From Candidatus Versatilivorator sp. (lineage in GTDB: Bacteria; Acidobacteriota; Terriglobia; Versatilivoradales; Versatilivoraceae): a DNA stretch of 64,000 nt. The stretch lies in contig OZ242296.1 of the NCBI GenBank assembly GCA_965207735.1, positions 4,128,001-4,192,000 on the forward strand, given 5' to 3'. The position numbers were made by a program, and so were the translations under genes. Shown one piece after another: positions 39,443-49,562 of this stretch. The notes under the pieces were generated by a model. It did no database searches. It saw only the letters and a program-made list of their open reading frames with translations, and was not told the DNA's origin. Positions within the stretch are counted from its first letter, which is position 1. Every line of letters starts with the position of its first letter.

Positions 39443-42400
39443 ATGTCGCTCGGAAGGCCCCTTCTCCCTGGTGCAGTTCTGTCGGGAATCCTGGTTGCCG
39501 GTTGGTTGGCAGCCGCCTCGGCGCCGATCCCGGCAATTGCGGAGGACAAGCCCGGAGAAACCGAAAAAATCCAAGGGCAAGCCTCTTCCGGATTCACCCT
39601 CAAGGTGCCGGTGGAAGTGGTGGTGGTCAACGCCATCGTCACCGACCGGGACGGAAATCCCATCACCGATCTGACCGTCGACGATTTCGAGGTTCTCGAA
39701 AACCGCAAGAAGCAGACCATTCAGTCGTTCTCCCAGGAAATCTACAACCAGAGCCCGCAGAGTTCCGTCACCTGGGGCAGCGCGGTCGGCGCGGAGCAAC
39801 CGGCGCCTGAGGCGGCCCCCGAAAAGCCCCGCCTGCTGAGTCTGGTCATCGACGACCTCACCTATCCCCCCATGGGCACCCTCAACCGCACCATCCACGC
39901 CATTCGCGGATTCGTGGAAAGGGGATTGAAAGAGGGAAACTACATCTCCATCATGACGGCCTCCCGCGGACATTTCGTCCCCTTCACTCAGGACAGCCAA
40001 CTGCTGCTGGCCGAGATCGACAGAATCCACAAGAAGCTGGATTTCACGCCGTCCATGAACCGACCGGGATGCGTCACCATGACCGATGCTCAAGCCGAGG
40101 AAATCCATGTCGTTTCGTCCTCGCCGGGCAGCCGGGCCTTCGACGTGGCCATGGCCGAAGCCGAAGACTGCGGGATAGGCGCCAGCACATCCAGCGCACT
40201 GGCCGGGGGGGCGCCTCGGGTCGGCGTCGGCGCGACCGGGGTCGATGCAACCCAGCAGGCCATTGAAACCTATGTACGCACCCTGGCGTCCCAGCACCTG
40301 TCCCTGAAAAAGGGCCGCACCCGGCGCTTGCTGGATGTTCTGCGGGGGCACATCCGCTCTCTCGGACCGGTGGAGGCAAAGAAATCCATGGTGCTGCTCT
40401 CGGCAGGCTTCCTGCACCGGGCGCTTCGCTATGACCTGGAGCGCCTGGTCGACATGGCGCTGAAGACCGGCATCATCTTCAATACCATCCGGTCCACCGG
40501 GCTGGAAACCAGCCCCATGTACGACGCCAGCGAAAATTTCACCAACAACAGCAGTATCCGGCTTGAAAAGGCCTTGCTGGTCACGGAGGACCGCAGGCAA
40601 AAAGGGATGTCGCTAGATTATCTGGCCAGGGCTACGGGAGGCATCTACTTCAAAGACAACAACGACCTGGGGGCGGGTCTGAGACAAGTGGTGGACCAGC
40701 AGTTTTCCTACTATGTCCTGAGCTACGCCACCCCGCCCAAGAAACCCGATGGGCGCTACTACAGGCTACGAGTGAAAGTCTCACGGCCCGGAGTCCGGGT
40801 CACTCACCGCAAGGGCTTCTATGCCCCCAAGGAGCGCTTGTCCCCCGAAGAACAGAAGAAGAAGGAAATGCTGGAAGCCATGCGGGCGCCCACCGATCTC
40901 AGGGAAATCCCACTGCAAATGTCCTACCACGGCTCCCGCCTGGACCCGGACACCTATCGGTTGGAGATCGTGACCCGGCTGGGATTCAAGGACCTCCCCT
41001 TCCTGGTCGAAGAGGGGAAGCGGATCAATCGGATCAACCTGGCCGTGGTTGCCTTCGACGCCAAGGACGAGTATGTCGGAGGGGACGAAAAAGCCTGGAA
41101 CTTCAAGCTCGGCGACAGCAGCTACCAGGCTCTTCTGCAATCGGGCCTGACCTCCAAGGTTGTGCTTGAGGTTCCGGCGGGGCGGTATCAGGTCAAGGTT
41201 GCGGCACGGGAGAACCTCAACGCCGGACTGGGCTCGCTCCGTCGAACCGTCGAGGTGCCCCTGCCGGCAGACCGGGAAATCATGGGAACCCTGGAAAAGA
41301 CCGCGCTCAGCGGACTGCAATCATCCGAGCGGCACCAGGATCTCGATGTGAATTTCAAGGCGAACTTCTTTTACCAGGAATCCGAGCAGGCGCTGGTCCT
41401 GATCACGGCCAAGGTCGCCCACGGGTCTGCTGGAGACACCCTAAAGGGTTGGTTGCCGGGGAAAGACCTTCGCCTGATGGGAGTCGCCTTTTCTGACGAC
41501 GGGAGAGCGGAATCGCTTTTCAGCCAGACTCTCCCGCTGGCAAACGGGAAGGCGGAGTCGGCCGTGCAGGGATTTCTCAAGCTGAAGCCGGGAGAGTATC
41601 GCATCAAGCTGGTGGCTGCTGACCGCCGGGGCAAATTGGGGACGGCCGAGCAGTCCTTGTGGATTCCAGACCTTCCCCAGGATGCGCTCATGACCAGCGG
41701 CCTGATCTTGAGTCAGGACCTGGAGCCCTTTTCCCCATCCGTGGCCGGAATGCAAGTCCCGGAGGCCCGCTGGCTGTTTCACCGCGGGTTCCGGGTGAAG
41801 CCGGCGATCAGCAACGAAATTGCACCTCCCCAACCTCTGGCCCTATTCTACAAACTCTACAACGCCTCCAAGCTTGAGGACGGTAATCTCACGGCTCACG
41901 TCCAGGCCGTCAAGGACACTGGCGAAGCCGTCGACTTTCCGCCCATCGCGCTGGACCGGAATCACCTGGAGGAGCGGGCACCCGGTCAGGTTGCCGTCGG
42001 TTTCAAGCTTTCCACCCAATCCTTGAGCCCGGGCAATTACCGATTCGAGATTACCACCGAGGAATCAGGCAGCGGTCGCGCTACCATCACCGAGACCGAT
42101 TTCGTGGTGACGCGGGGCTCGCAAACGGCCGCATCCGGGGAGGTGCCGGCGCCGGCCATTGCCGAACAACCCCGTGCCGAAAGGGCCTCCGGTCCGGAAC
42201 CGGTGGTTCGCCTCGACCTGAAAAAGATCAGGGCCAGCCTGGAGATCCCACGGTCCTCGGGCCACACGACTCCCGCACTGGCCTACCGATTCCGCCCCGA
42301 CCTGATGGCCTGCGCCAACGACCGGGGAGAGCTCGGCTACAACCCCGATCACCCTGGCGAATGCGGGGATCTGCGGGGGAACCCATTGCAGTCGCATGCC

Positions 42401-43762
42401 TTGAGGGGAATGAATCTCTTTGGAGCCAACCTGAGCGGCATGGATCTGAGCAAGGCCGACCTTCGGGACGCGGTGCTGCTGAGAGCCGACTTGACCCAAG
42501 CCAGGCTCTGGGAGGCCGATTTGAGAGGTGCCGATCTTCGGGGCGCGAAGCTGACCGGTGCCGAACTGATCAAGGCCAAGCTGGCCGGCGCAAAACTGCA
42601 AGGGGCCGATCTGGCCAACGCCAGCCTGACCCAAGCCAGCCTGAAAGGCGCCGACTTGCTGGGCGCCAATTTGCAAGGCGCCATTCTGAAGGATGCCCGC
42701 TTGAACAAGGCCAATCTGCAGGTGGCCGATTTGTCGGAAGCAATCCTGTTCGGCAGCGATCTGAGGCTGGCCGACCTTCGCGGCGCAAGACTGACCCGGG
42801 CAGCACTGGTCGATGGAAGGGAGGCCAATCTCTTTATTCCCCTTGCCGGCAACATCCGAATCGGCAAGACGCAGTTTGCAGAAGCCCGCTTTGACCAGAG
42901 CACTCAATTGCCGTTCGACTCCCAACAGGCCGCGACCAGGAAAATGCAGCCCGACGATACCCCCTCAACCTACCGTCGCCCCGAGTTCATGATGGACAGC
43001 GGGTCCGAGGAGTTTACCGTCAGTGGATCCGCGGCCCCCACTCTTGCCTCCGGTCAGCCCGGTGGGGTGCCGACCGACGCCGAATGGCCGGATTTTCTGG
43101 ATGCCGTCCGTCGCAGGATAGACGCAACTTTCCGGAACCTGCCCGACTTCGTTTGTCGCCGCCGGACAGAACGATTCGAGCGGTTGTTCCAAGGTTGGCA
43201 GGAAAAAGACCAGTTCCAGGAGGATCTCCTGTTCGCGAATGGAGAAGAGACCTACCAGCCCGTGGGGGGGCAAGAGGCATCGGGCAGCCAGGACGGCGCT
43301 TATTCCATCGGTCAATTCGCGGCCGCTATCCAGAACGTGTTTGCTCCTCAGAGCAGGACCTCCTTCCGTCTGGAGGGCGCCGAGGAGATCGCGGGGCGTC
43401 AGACCGTGCGGGTGGCCTTTCGGATTCCTCAGGAGACTTCCGCTCTTCAAGTGACCTACCAGGGCAATCCCCTGCGAGTGGGTTACCGGGGACTGTGCTG
43501 GATTGACGTCAGCTCCTACCAGGTGGTCCAACTGCTCAAAGAGACAGTGGATCTCCCCTCGGATTTCCCCGTCAAGACTTCGGAGGTGAACATCGCCTAT
43601 GACCAGGTCCGCATCGGGGAAAGCCAACACTGGCTTCCCGTCCGGGCTCAGTTCAACATGTCGATCGGCATTCTGCAGAGTGCCCGGGTCCACACTCGAA
43701 ACATCACCCGGTTCACCGACTATCGACAATTCGAAACCGATGTGAAGCTGGTGCTGGATTAG
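39443..43762 (+). CDS. Large secreted acidobacterial VWA-related protein fused to pentapeptide repeats and a C-terminal domain
   Basis: Signal-like N-terminus; [20 protein letters not shown]; [22 protein letters not shown]; A(D/N)Lxx repeats at about 42405-42805. Start uncertain (39392 or 39443). Confidence 0.85.
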   Translation: MSLGRPLLPGAVLSGILVAGWLAAASAPIPAIAEDKPGETEKIQGQASSGFTLKVPVEVVVVNAIVTDRDGNPITDLTVDDFEVLENRKKQTIQSFSQEIYNQSPQSSVTWGSAVGAEQPAPEAAPEKPRLLSLVIDDLTYPPMGTLNRTIHAIRGFVERGLKEGNYISIMTASRGHFVPFTQDSQLLLAEIDRIHKKLDFTPSMNRPGCVTMTDAQAEEIHVVSSSPGSRAFDVAMAEAEDCGIGASTSSALAGGAPRVGVGATGVDATQQAIETYVRTLASQHLSLKKGRTRRLLDVLRGHIRSLGPVEAKKSMVLLSAGFLHRALRYDLERLVDMALKTGIIFNTIRSTGLETSPMYDASENFTNNSSIRLEKALLVTEDRRQKGMSLDYLARATGGIYFKDNNDLGAGLRQVVDQQFSYYVLSYATPPKKPDGRYYRLRVKVSRPGVRVTHRKGFYAPKERLSPEEQKKKEMLEAMRAPTDLREIPLQMSYHGSRLDPDTYRLEIVTRLGFKDLPFLVEEGKRINRINLAVVAFDAKDEYVGGDEKAWNFKLGDSSYQALLQSGLTSKVVLEVPAGRYQVKVAARENLNAGLGSLRRTVEVPLPADREIMGTLEKTALSGLQSSERHQDLDVNFKANFFYQESEQALVLITAKVAHGSAGDTLKGWLPGKDLRLMGVAFSDDGRAESLFSQTLPLANGKAESAVQGFLKLKPGEYRIKLVAADRRGKLGTAEQSLWIPDLPQDALMTSGLILSQDLEPFSPSVAGMQVPEARWLFHRGFRVKPAISNEIAPPQPLALFYKLYNASKLEDGNLTAHVQAVKDTGEAVDFPPIALDRNHLEERAPGQVAVGFKLSTQSLSPGNYRFEITTEESGSGRATITETDFVVTRGSQTAASGEVPAPAIAEQPRAERASGPEPVVRLDLKKIRASLEIPRSSGHTTPALAYRFRPDLMACANDRGELGYNPDHPGECGDLRGNPLQSHALRGMNLFGANLSGMDLSKADLRDAVLLRADLTQARLWEADLRGADLRGAKLTGAELIKAKLAGAKLQGADLANASLTQASLKGADLLGANLQGAILKDARLNKANLQVADLSEAILFGSDLRLADLRGARLTRAALVDGREANLFIPLAGNIRIGKTQFAEARFDQSTQLPFDSQQAATRKMQPDDTPSTYRRPEFMMDSGSEEFTVSGSAAPTLASGQPGGVPTDAEWPDFLDAVRRRIDATFRNLPDFVCRRRTERFERLFQGWQEKDQFQEDLLFANGEETYQPVGGQEASGSQDGAYSIGQFAAAIQNVFAPQSRTSFRLEGAEEIAGRQTVRVAFRIPQETSALQVTYQGNPLRVGYRGLCWIDVSSYQVVQLLKETVDLPSDFPVKTSEVNIAYDQVRIGESQHWLPVRAQFNMSIGILQSARVHTRNITRFTDYRQFETDVKLVLD

Positions 43763-43982
43763 CCGAACCGCCTGCCGAGACCCGACCCGAAACCCGGCCG
43801 TCCCTCACTTCTCACCCCTCAACAACCCGCCAGTCGGCCCGTCCGTACTGCCCCGTGGGGCCGACTTGGGGCGGTTGCCGAGAAACTCCGGCGCTGTGCT
43901 ATACTTCTCGCTCCTCGGGGGAGGTCCCCCGAAAACCGCACCCTTCCTGACACCCGGCGACGGTCCAAGTCAAGGAGCTGAA

Positions 43983-44903
43983 TTGCCCATTCCCAAGTCG
44001 CAAAAGATCTGGTTCAACGGACATTTCGTTCCCTGGGACGACGCCAAGATCCACGTCTTGTCCCACGTGGTGAACTACGGATCTGCCGTGTTCGAAGGCA
44101 TTCGCTGTTACAACACGGCTAAGGGTTCGGCGGTGTTCTGCCTGGAAAGACACGTGGAGCGACTCCTGAATTCGGCCAAGCTCTATCGTATGCAGATCCC
44201 CTATTCAGCCGGGGACCTCTGCCAAGCCATCCTGGAAACCATTCGGGAAAACAGACTGAAGGAATGCTACATCCGTCCCATCATTCTCAGAGGCTACGGC
44301 GAGATTGGCGTCAACCCGCTGGGCTGCCCCCTGGAGGTCGTCATCGCCGTTTGGGAATGGGGTCAGTATCTTGGCAAGGAATCCTTGGAGCAAGGCGTGG
44401 ATGTCTGTGTCTCATCCTGGAACCGCATCGCCCCCAATACCCTCCCCACCCTGGCCAAGGCGGGAGCCAACTATATGAACTCCCAGCTTATCAAGATGGA
44501 GGCCATGCAGGCCGGTTACTCGGAGGGCATCGCCCTGGATACCGCCGGCTACGTCAGCGAAGGGAGCGGAGAGAACATTTTTGTCATCAAGGAGGGCGTC
44601 CTCCTGACTCCCGGGCTGGCCTCCTCCGTCCTCCCCGGAATTACCCGTCGGGCGGTGATCGAGATCTGTCGCGACCTCGACATTGAAGTTCGGGAGCAAG
44701 GCATCGCTCGGGAGCTCCTCTATCTGGCTGACGAGTTGTTCTTTACCGGCACCGCCGCAGAAGTCACGCCGATCCGTAGCGTGGACAAGATCAGCGTTGG
44801 CAGCGGCCGCCGGGGGCCGGTCACCGCCAGAATCCAGCAACGATTCTTCCAGATCGTTGAAGGCAAAAGCGAGGACCACCCCGAATGGCTGGCCTTCGTA
44901 TGA
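43983..44903 (+). CDS. ilvE: Branched-chain amino acid aminotransferase
   Basis: [30 protein letters not shown] and GTAAEV motifs; TTG start after RBS AAGGAG. Confidence 0.97.
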   Translation: MPIPKSQKIWFNGHFVPWDDAKIHVLSHVVNYGSAVFEGIRCYNTAKGSAVFCLERHVERLLNSAKLYRMQIPYSAGDLCQAILETIRENRLKECYIRPIILRGYGEIGVNPLGCPLEVVIAVWEWGQYLGKESLEQGVDVCVSSWNRIAPNTLPTLAKAGANYMNSQLIKMEAMQAGYSEGIALDTAGYVSEGSGENIFVIKEGVLLTPGLASSVLPGITRRAVIEICRDLDIEVREQGIARELLYLADELFFTGTAAEVTPIRSVDKISVGSGRRGPVTARIQQRFFQIVEGKSEDHPEWLAFV

Positions 44904-44934
44904 TCCCGACATCCCAAATCCTGCACAACGCTCC

Positions 44935-45435
44935 GTGAGCGAGGAGCCCCGTCCACACGATTCAGAGGCCCTCTTCCAATGGGCACTCCGGGCCCTGGGC
45001 CGGAAGATCCACTCCACCCGAGAACTGGAAGTCAAGCTGCTGGCCCGGACCGATGATGCGTCCGCGGTGGCCGGCGTCCTTGCCAGGTTGAAGGCGAGTG
45101 GCTACCTGGATGACCGGCAGTGCCTCGAGACCCTCGTTGCCGTCCGTCTGCGCCGCGGCGCCTGCAGCCGATCCAGGCTGCAGAAGGAGATGGCTGCTCG
45201 GGGACTGCCCAGGCGACTGGTCGACCAGGTGCTGGACGAGGTGTTCCCGCCGGAAAAAGAGCTGGCCCATTTACGGCACAGCCTGGAACGCAAGCTGGAT
45301 GCCTTGTCCGAGCCACTGGATGAAAAAAGGCTGGCCAGGCTCTATAATTACCTGCTCGGCCGAGGCTTTCCTTTGGAGGCCGTGCGGCGTGAATTCAGGA
45401 AGCGATTCCATCGACTCTCTGAATTGGCGGACTGA
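44935..45435 (+). CDS. recX: Regulatory protein RecX
   Basis: ALRAL.RK.HS..EL..KL, GYLDD and YLLGRGF motifs; recX-alaS synteny. Start uncertain. Confidence 0.85.
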   Translation: MSEEPRPHDSEALFQWALRALGRKIHSTRELEVKLLARTDDASAVAGVLARLKASGYLDDRQCLETLVAVRLRRGACSRSRLQKEMAARGLPRRLVDQVLDEVFPPEKELAHLRHSLERKLDALSEPLDEKRLARLYNYLLGRGFPLEAVRREFRKRFHRLSELAD

Positions 45436-45480
45436 AGCACCCCTCCGCCAGAACAATTCGGCATAGAGGACACCGCAGTC

Positions 45481-48132
45481 GTGACCGGAACCGAAACCCG
45501 CAGGAAGTTCCTGGAATATTTTCAACAGAGAGGGCACCGCATCGTCAGAAGCTCTTCGCTGGTCCCCGCCGGCGATCCCACGCTGCTGTTCACCAATGCC
45601 GGCATGAACCAGTTCAAGGACGTATTCCTGGGACGGGAGAAGCGGGACTACCTTCGGGCTACCACCTCCCAGAAATGCGTTCGGGCAGGCGGAAAGCACA
45701 ACGACTTCGAGAACGTGGGCAAGACCGCCAGACACCACACCTTCTTCGAAATGCTGGGGAACTTTTCCTTCGGCGACTACTTCAAATCGGAAGCCATCCC
45801 GCTGGCTTGGGAACTGGTGACCGAAGTCTACGGGCTCAAGCCGGAGCAACTCTGGATCACGGTCTACAGGGACGATGACGACGCGCACCGGATCTGGAAC
45901 CGAGAGATCGGGGTTCCGGGCGACCGCATCTTTCGACTGGGAGAGAAGGACAATTTCTGGGCCATGGGGGACACCGGTCCCTGCGGCCCCTGTTCCGAGA
46001 TTCATTTCGACCAGGGGCCGGCCGGCAGCGAGGCCGGACATACGCAATGCAGTTTTCCCTGTGAGTGCGGCCGCTTTGTCGAAATCTGGAACCTGGTGTT
46101 CATGGAGTTCGACCGGCAGAGCTCGGGTCAACTGGTTCGCCTACCCAAGCCCTCGGTGGACACCGGCATGGGCCTGGAGCGAATGACAGCGGTGCTCCAG
46201 GGGAAGTACAGCAACTACGACACGGACCTGCTGAAGCCGTTGACGCAATTCGCAGCCGAAATAGCCGGACGGGACTACGGCAACGACAGGGCCGCCGACG
46301 TTTCCATGCGGGTGATCGCGGACCATGCCAGGGCGACGGCTTTCCTCGTAAGCGACGGGGTGGTACCCGACAATGACGGGCGTGGCTATGTCCTGCGAAA
46401 AATCATGCGTCGCGGCATACGGCACGGACGGCTCATCGGAATCCAAGACGAGTTTCTGCACCGGATGGCCGACAGGGTGGCGGATCTCATGCAGGACGCC
46501 TATCCGGAGCTGGCTTCCACCCGGGATTACGTGTCCAGGGTGGTGCGCACCGAAGAGCAGCGCTTCTCGTCCACGCTGCGGATCGCATTGGACCAGCTCG
46601 GCGACGTGCTGTCTCGACTGGAATCCTCCGGCGGGCGTCCCCGACGGCTACCGGGGACGGTCATGTTCAAGTTCTATGACACCTACGGCCTGCCCTTGGA
46701 CCTGATGCAGGAGATCGCGGACGAAAATGGACTGATCCTGGACGAAGAAGGCTTCAACCGGCGGCTGACGGCCCAGCGCGAGAGGGGGCGGGCCAGTTGG
46801 AAGGAAACGGCCACCGCTGCCGGCTCGGCGCCCCCGCCCACCGCCGAGAAGACCCGCTTTCTCGGCTATACCCGGCTTGGCACCGACCAGTCGACCGTGA
46901 TGGGAATCCTGATCGAGGGCAAGCAGACCGACTCGCTGCCGGCCGGAAAGGTGGGAGAGATCTTCCTGGACCAGACGCCCTTCTATGCGGAAACGGGAGG
47001 CCAGGTCGGAGACACCGGAGTCTTGCAGGGCGTCGAGGCCGAGGCCGTCGTGCAGGATACCTATCCGGCTCCTCTCGGCTACTCCGCTCACCGGGTCAGC
47101 TGCTCCCGGGGAGCCCTGCGAGTGGGGGAAAGGGTCGAGGCCAGGGTGGACGCGATCCGCCGCCATTCCATCAGGAAAAACCACACTGCCACTCACTTGC
47201 TCCATGCCGCCCTCCACCAACTGGTCGGGTTTCACGTCAAACAGTCCGGCTCTCTGGTGGCTCCCGATCGCTTGCGCTTCGACTTCACCCACTATACGGC
47301 CCTTTCGCCGGAGGACCTCATCGAGATTGAGGACCTGGTGAACCGCAAGGTCATGGACAACCTGTCCGTCACCACGCTGGTTCAGGAATTGAACCAGGCG
47401 GTGTCGGAAGGAGCCATGGCTCTTTTCGGAGAGAAGTACGGTGACCGGGTGAGGGTGGTGTCGGTGGATGGCTTCAGCAAGGAGCTTTGCGGCGGCACCC
47501 ACGTATCCCGCACCGGCGACATCGGATTGTTCAAGATAGTCAGCGAAAGCGGGGTCGCCGCAGGGGTCCGCCGTATTGAAGCCATTACAGGCACCGGGGC
47601 GCTCCGCCGCTTTCGCGAGGACGAGGCACTGCTCAGCCAGTTGGAGGGGCTCTTCAAGGGGACTCGGCCCGAGCTGGTGGGATCGGTCCGCAGGTACCAG
47701 GCCTCCATCAGGTCTTTGGAGAAGGAACTACAGGCAATGCGCTACCGCCTGGCCCAGGACCGGGTCGGGCAACTGCTGCATACCGCCAAGCGTGTAAATG
47801 ACATCAAAGTCTTGACTTCTGTGGTGGATCAGCTAGACAATGCCTCGCTGCGCAATCTGGCTGACGAGCTGAAGTCGCGGATCGGCCGGGGCGTAGTGGT
47901 GCTGGCCACTTCGGGTTCCGGCAAAGTCTCCCTGGTCGCGGCCATTACCTCCGATCTGACTTCCCGTCTCCACGCGGGCAGGATGGTCAAGGAAATCGCC
48001 TCGGTGGTCGGCGGCGGCGGCGGCGGCAGACCGGGCTTGGCTGAAGCCGGGGGAAAGGACCCGAGCAAGTTACCCCTGGCGCTGGAGGCGGTTGCCGGCT
48101 ACGTCGAGAGGCATATCCAAGGGGCGGGTTGA
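45481..48132 (+). CDS. alaS: Alanyl-tRNA synthetase
   Basis: LLFTNAGM, FFEMLGNFS, GPCGPCSE, DTGMGLER, HTATH, ELCGGTH and GGGGGGRP motifs. Confidence 0.99.
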   Translation: MTGTETRRKFLEYFQQRGHRIVRSSSLVPAGDPTLLFTNAGMNQFKDVFLGREKRDYLRATTSQKCVRAGGKHNDFENVGKTARHHTFFEMLGNFSFGDYFKSEAIPLAWELVTEVYGLKPEQLWITVYRDDDDAHRIWNREIGVPGDRIFRLGEKDNFWAMGDTGPCGPCSEIHFDQGPAGSEAGHTQCSFPCECGRFVEIWNLVFMEFDRQSSGQLVRLPKPSVDTGMGLERMTAVLQGKYSNYDTDLLKPLTQFAAEIAGRDYGNDRAADVSMRVIADHARATAFLVSDGVVPDNDGRGYVLRKIMRRGIRHGRLIGIQDEFLHRMADRVADLMQDAYPELASTRDYVSRVVRTEEQRFSSTLRIALDQLGDVLSRLESSGGRPRRLPGTVMFKFYDTYGLPLDLMQEIADENGLILDEEGFNRRLTAQRERGRASWKETATAAGSAPPPTAEKTRFLGYTRLGTDQSTVMGILIEGKQTDSLPAGKVGEIFLDQTPFYAETGGQVGDTGVLQGVEAEAVVQDTYPAPLGYSAHRVSCSRGALRVGERVEARVDAIRRHSIRKNHTATHLLHAALHQLVGFHVKQSGSLVAPDRLRFDFTHYTALSPEDLIEIEDLVNRKVMDNLSVTTLVQELNQAVSEGAMALFGEKYGDRVRVVSVDGFSKELCGGTHVSRTGDIGLFKIVSESGVAAGVRRIEAITGTGALRRFREDEALLSQLEGLFKGTRPELVGSVRRYQASIRSLEKELQAMRYRLAQDRVGQLLHTAKRVNDIKVLTSVVDQLDNASLRNLADELKSRIGRGVVVLATSGSGKVSLVAAITSDLTSRLHAGRMVKEIASVVGGGGGGRPGLAEAGGKDPSKLPLALEAVAGYVERHIQGAG

Positions 48133-48147
48133 CCCGCCCATTTTTTT
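48122..48147 (+). terminator. Rho-independent terminator overlapping the alaS stop
   Basis: GGGCGGG-TTGA-CCCGCCC followed by A and T7. Confidence 0.7.
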
Positions 48148-48297
48148 GTCGCGCCAATGAATCCGCCTGGTCGGGGCTGGCCGAGAAGACACCTCCAGTC
48201 ACTGGTCCTCGGAGAAATCGTTAGACTATTTCCGGTTCCGAGACATCTAATTGTCCTGAGAGAGAAAACGTTGCCCCATCATTCAGTTCCTGTTTCC

Positions 48298-49362
48298 ATG
48301 GTTACCCCCACGAAAATCAACACTCCCGGTTGGAACCTGAACCGATACGTGGTTTCGGCCGGTTGCCTGTTCACCCTGGTGGTGTGCCCGACCTCGATCG
48401 GCGGGGAGATCGACAGCTTCACCGGACCCGACGGACGCCGCATATTTTCCAATACTCGAAACATCTCCATAGCCCCGACCAGCTCTCCCACATTGCCGGA
48501 GCCGGGCGCGTCAACGAGGACTCGCCGAAGGGAGCAGCCTCCTGCCGGGATCGGAAGACTCATCGATCGCATCGCCCGAATGCACGGAATGGATCCGGAA
48601 CTGGTCAAGGCGGTGGCCAGGGTGGAGTCCAACTACAATCCAACGGCAATTTCCCCCAAAGGAGCCCTGGGAGTCATGCAGTTGCTGCCGGAGACCACCA
48701 AGCGGTTTGGGGGGGTAGCCGACACATACGATCCCGCCCAAAACGCGGAGATCTTCAGCGTCACCGGACCCGACGGACGCCGGATCTTTTCCAATTCCGG
48801 CGACATCGCCATTTCTCCGGCCAAGCTCTCTCCGGCGCCGGAGCCGGGCGTGCGACTGAGGATTCGCAGAAAGGGTCGGCCCCCTGCCGGGATCGGAAGA
48901 CTCATCGATCGCATCGCCCGAAAGCACGGGATGGATCCGGAACTGGTCAAGGCGGTGGCCAGAGTGGAGTCCAACTACAATCCAACGGCAATTTCCCCCA
49001 AAGGAGCCCTGGGAGTCATGCAGTTGCTGCCGGAGACCGCCAAGCGATTTGGGGTAGCCGACGCATACGATCCCGCCCAAAACATCGAGGGAGGAATACG
49101 CTACCTCAAGTTCTTGCGGGATCAATTTCCGGGCAACCTTTCCCTGGTGCTGGCGGCCTACAACGCAGGTGAAAACGCCGTCCGGAAGCATGGCGGCATT
49201 CCCCCCTACCAGGAGACTCGGGACTACGTCCACAAGATCAGGCAGCTTTATGGCCAAGACCTGCCGGACACAACCGCCGGCGGAATAAAACCGGATATCG
49301 TCAGCTACCGGGATTCAGCCGGCCGATTGGTCTATTCCAACCTGGAAACATCCTACCGATAG
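48298..49362 (+). CDS. Lytic transglycosylase (SLT) with an internal partial duplication
   Basis: VES and GVMQL motifs occur twice, AYNAG once. Start uncertain. Confidence 0.9.
   Translation: MVTPTKINTPGWNLNRYVVSAGCLFTLVVCPTSIGGEIDSFTGPDGRRIFSNTRNISIAPTSSPTLPEPGASTRTRRREQPPAGIGRLIDRIARMHGMDPELVKAVARVESNYNPTAISPKGALGVMQLLPETTKRFGGVADTYDPAQNAEIFSVTGPDGRRIFSNSGDIAISPAKLSPAPEPGVRLRIRRKGRPPAGIGRLIDRIARKHGMDPELVKAVARVESNYNPTAISPKGALGVMQLLPETAKRFGVADAYDPAQNIEGGIRYLKFLRDQFPGNLSLVLAAYNAGENAVRKHGGIPPYQETRDYVHKIRQLYGQDLPDTTAGGIKPDIVSYRDSAGRLVYSNLETSYR
48406..49083 (+). repeat. About 342-bp in-frame tandem duplication inside the SLT gene
   Basis: 48406-48744 vs 48748-49083; the last about 200 nt of each copy are nearly identical. 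Confidence 0.93.
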
Positions 49363-49377
49363 CGCCTGCCTGCCTGC

Positions 49378-49521
49378 CTGAAACAAAAGAAAAAAGAGTT
49401 ATCCACGAAGGGACACTAAGGCGTTGAGGTCAATCGCGACGGGATACCAAGGTCGCGAAGGGATGGTCGATTTCTGATTGTTTCACTCTCGTATGATCCG
49501 CCCGTCAAGGCGGCGGCGGGA
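49378..49521. repeat. Dispersed intergenic repeat, copy 2 of 29589-29768
   Basis: Direct alignment with copy 1 including the identical GATTGTTTCACTCTCGTATGATCCGCCCG. It has fewer CACGAAG units. Confidence 0.9.
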
Positions 49522-49562
49522 CTCTCCACTCTCCACTCTCCACTATTCACTCTCCACTTGCC
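49521..49562. repeat. Heptamer tandem repeat (ACTCTCC)n
   Basis: ACTCTCC x3, ACTATTC, ACTCTCC, ACTTGCC; overlaps the stop of the FG-GAP gene. Confidence 0.85.
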
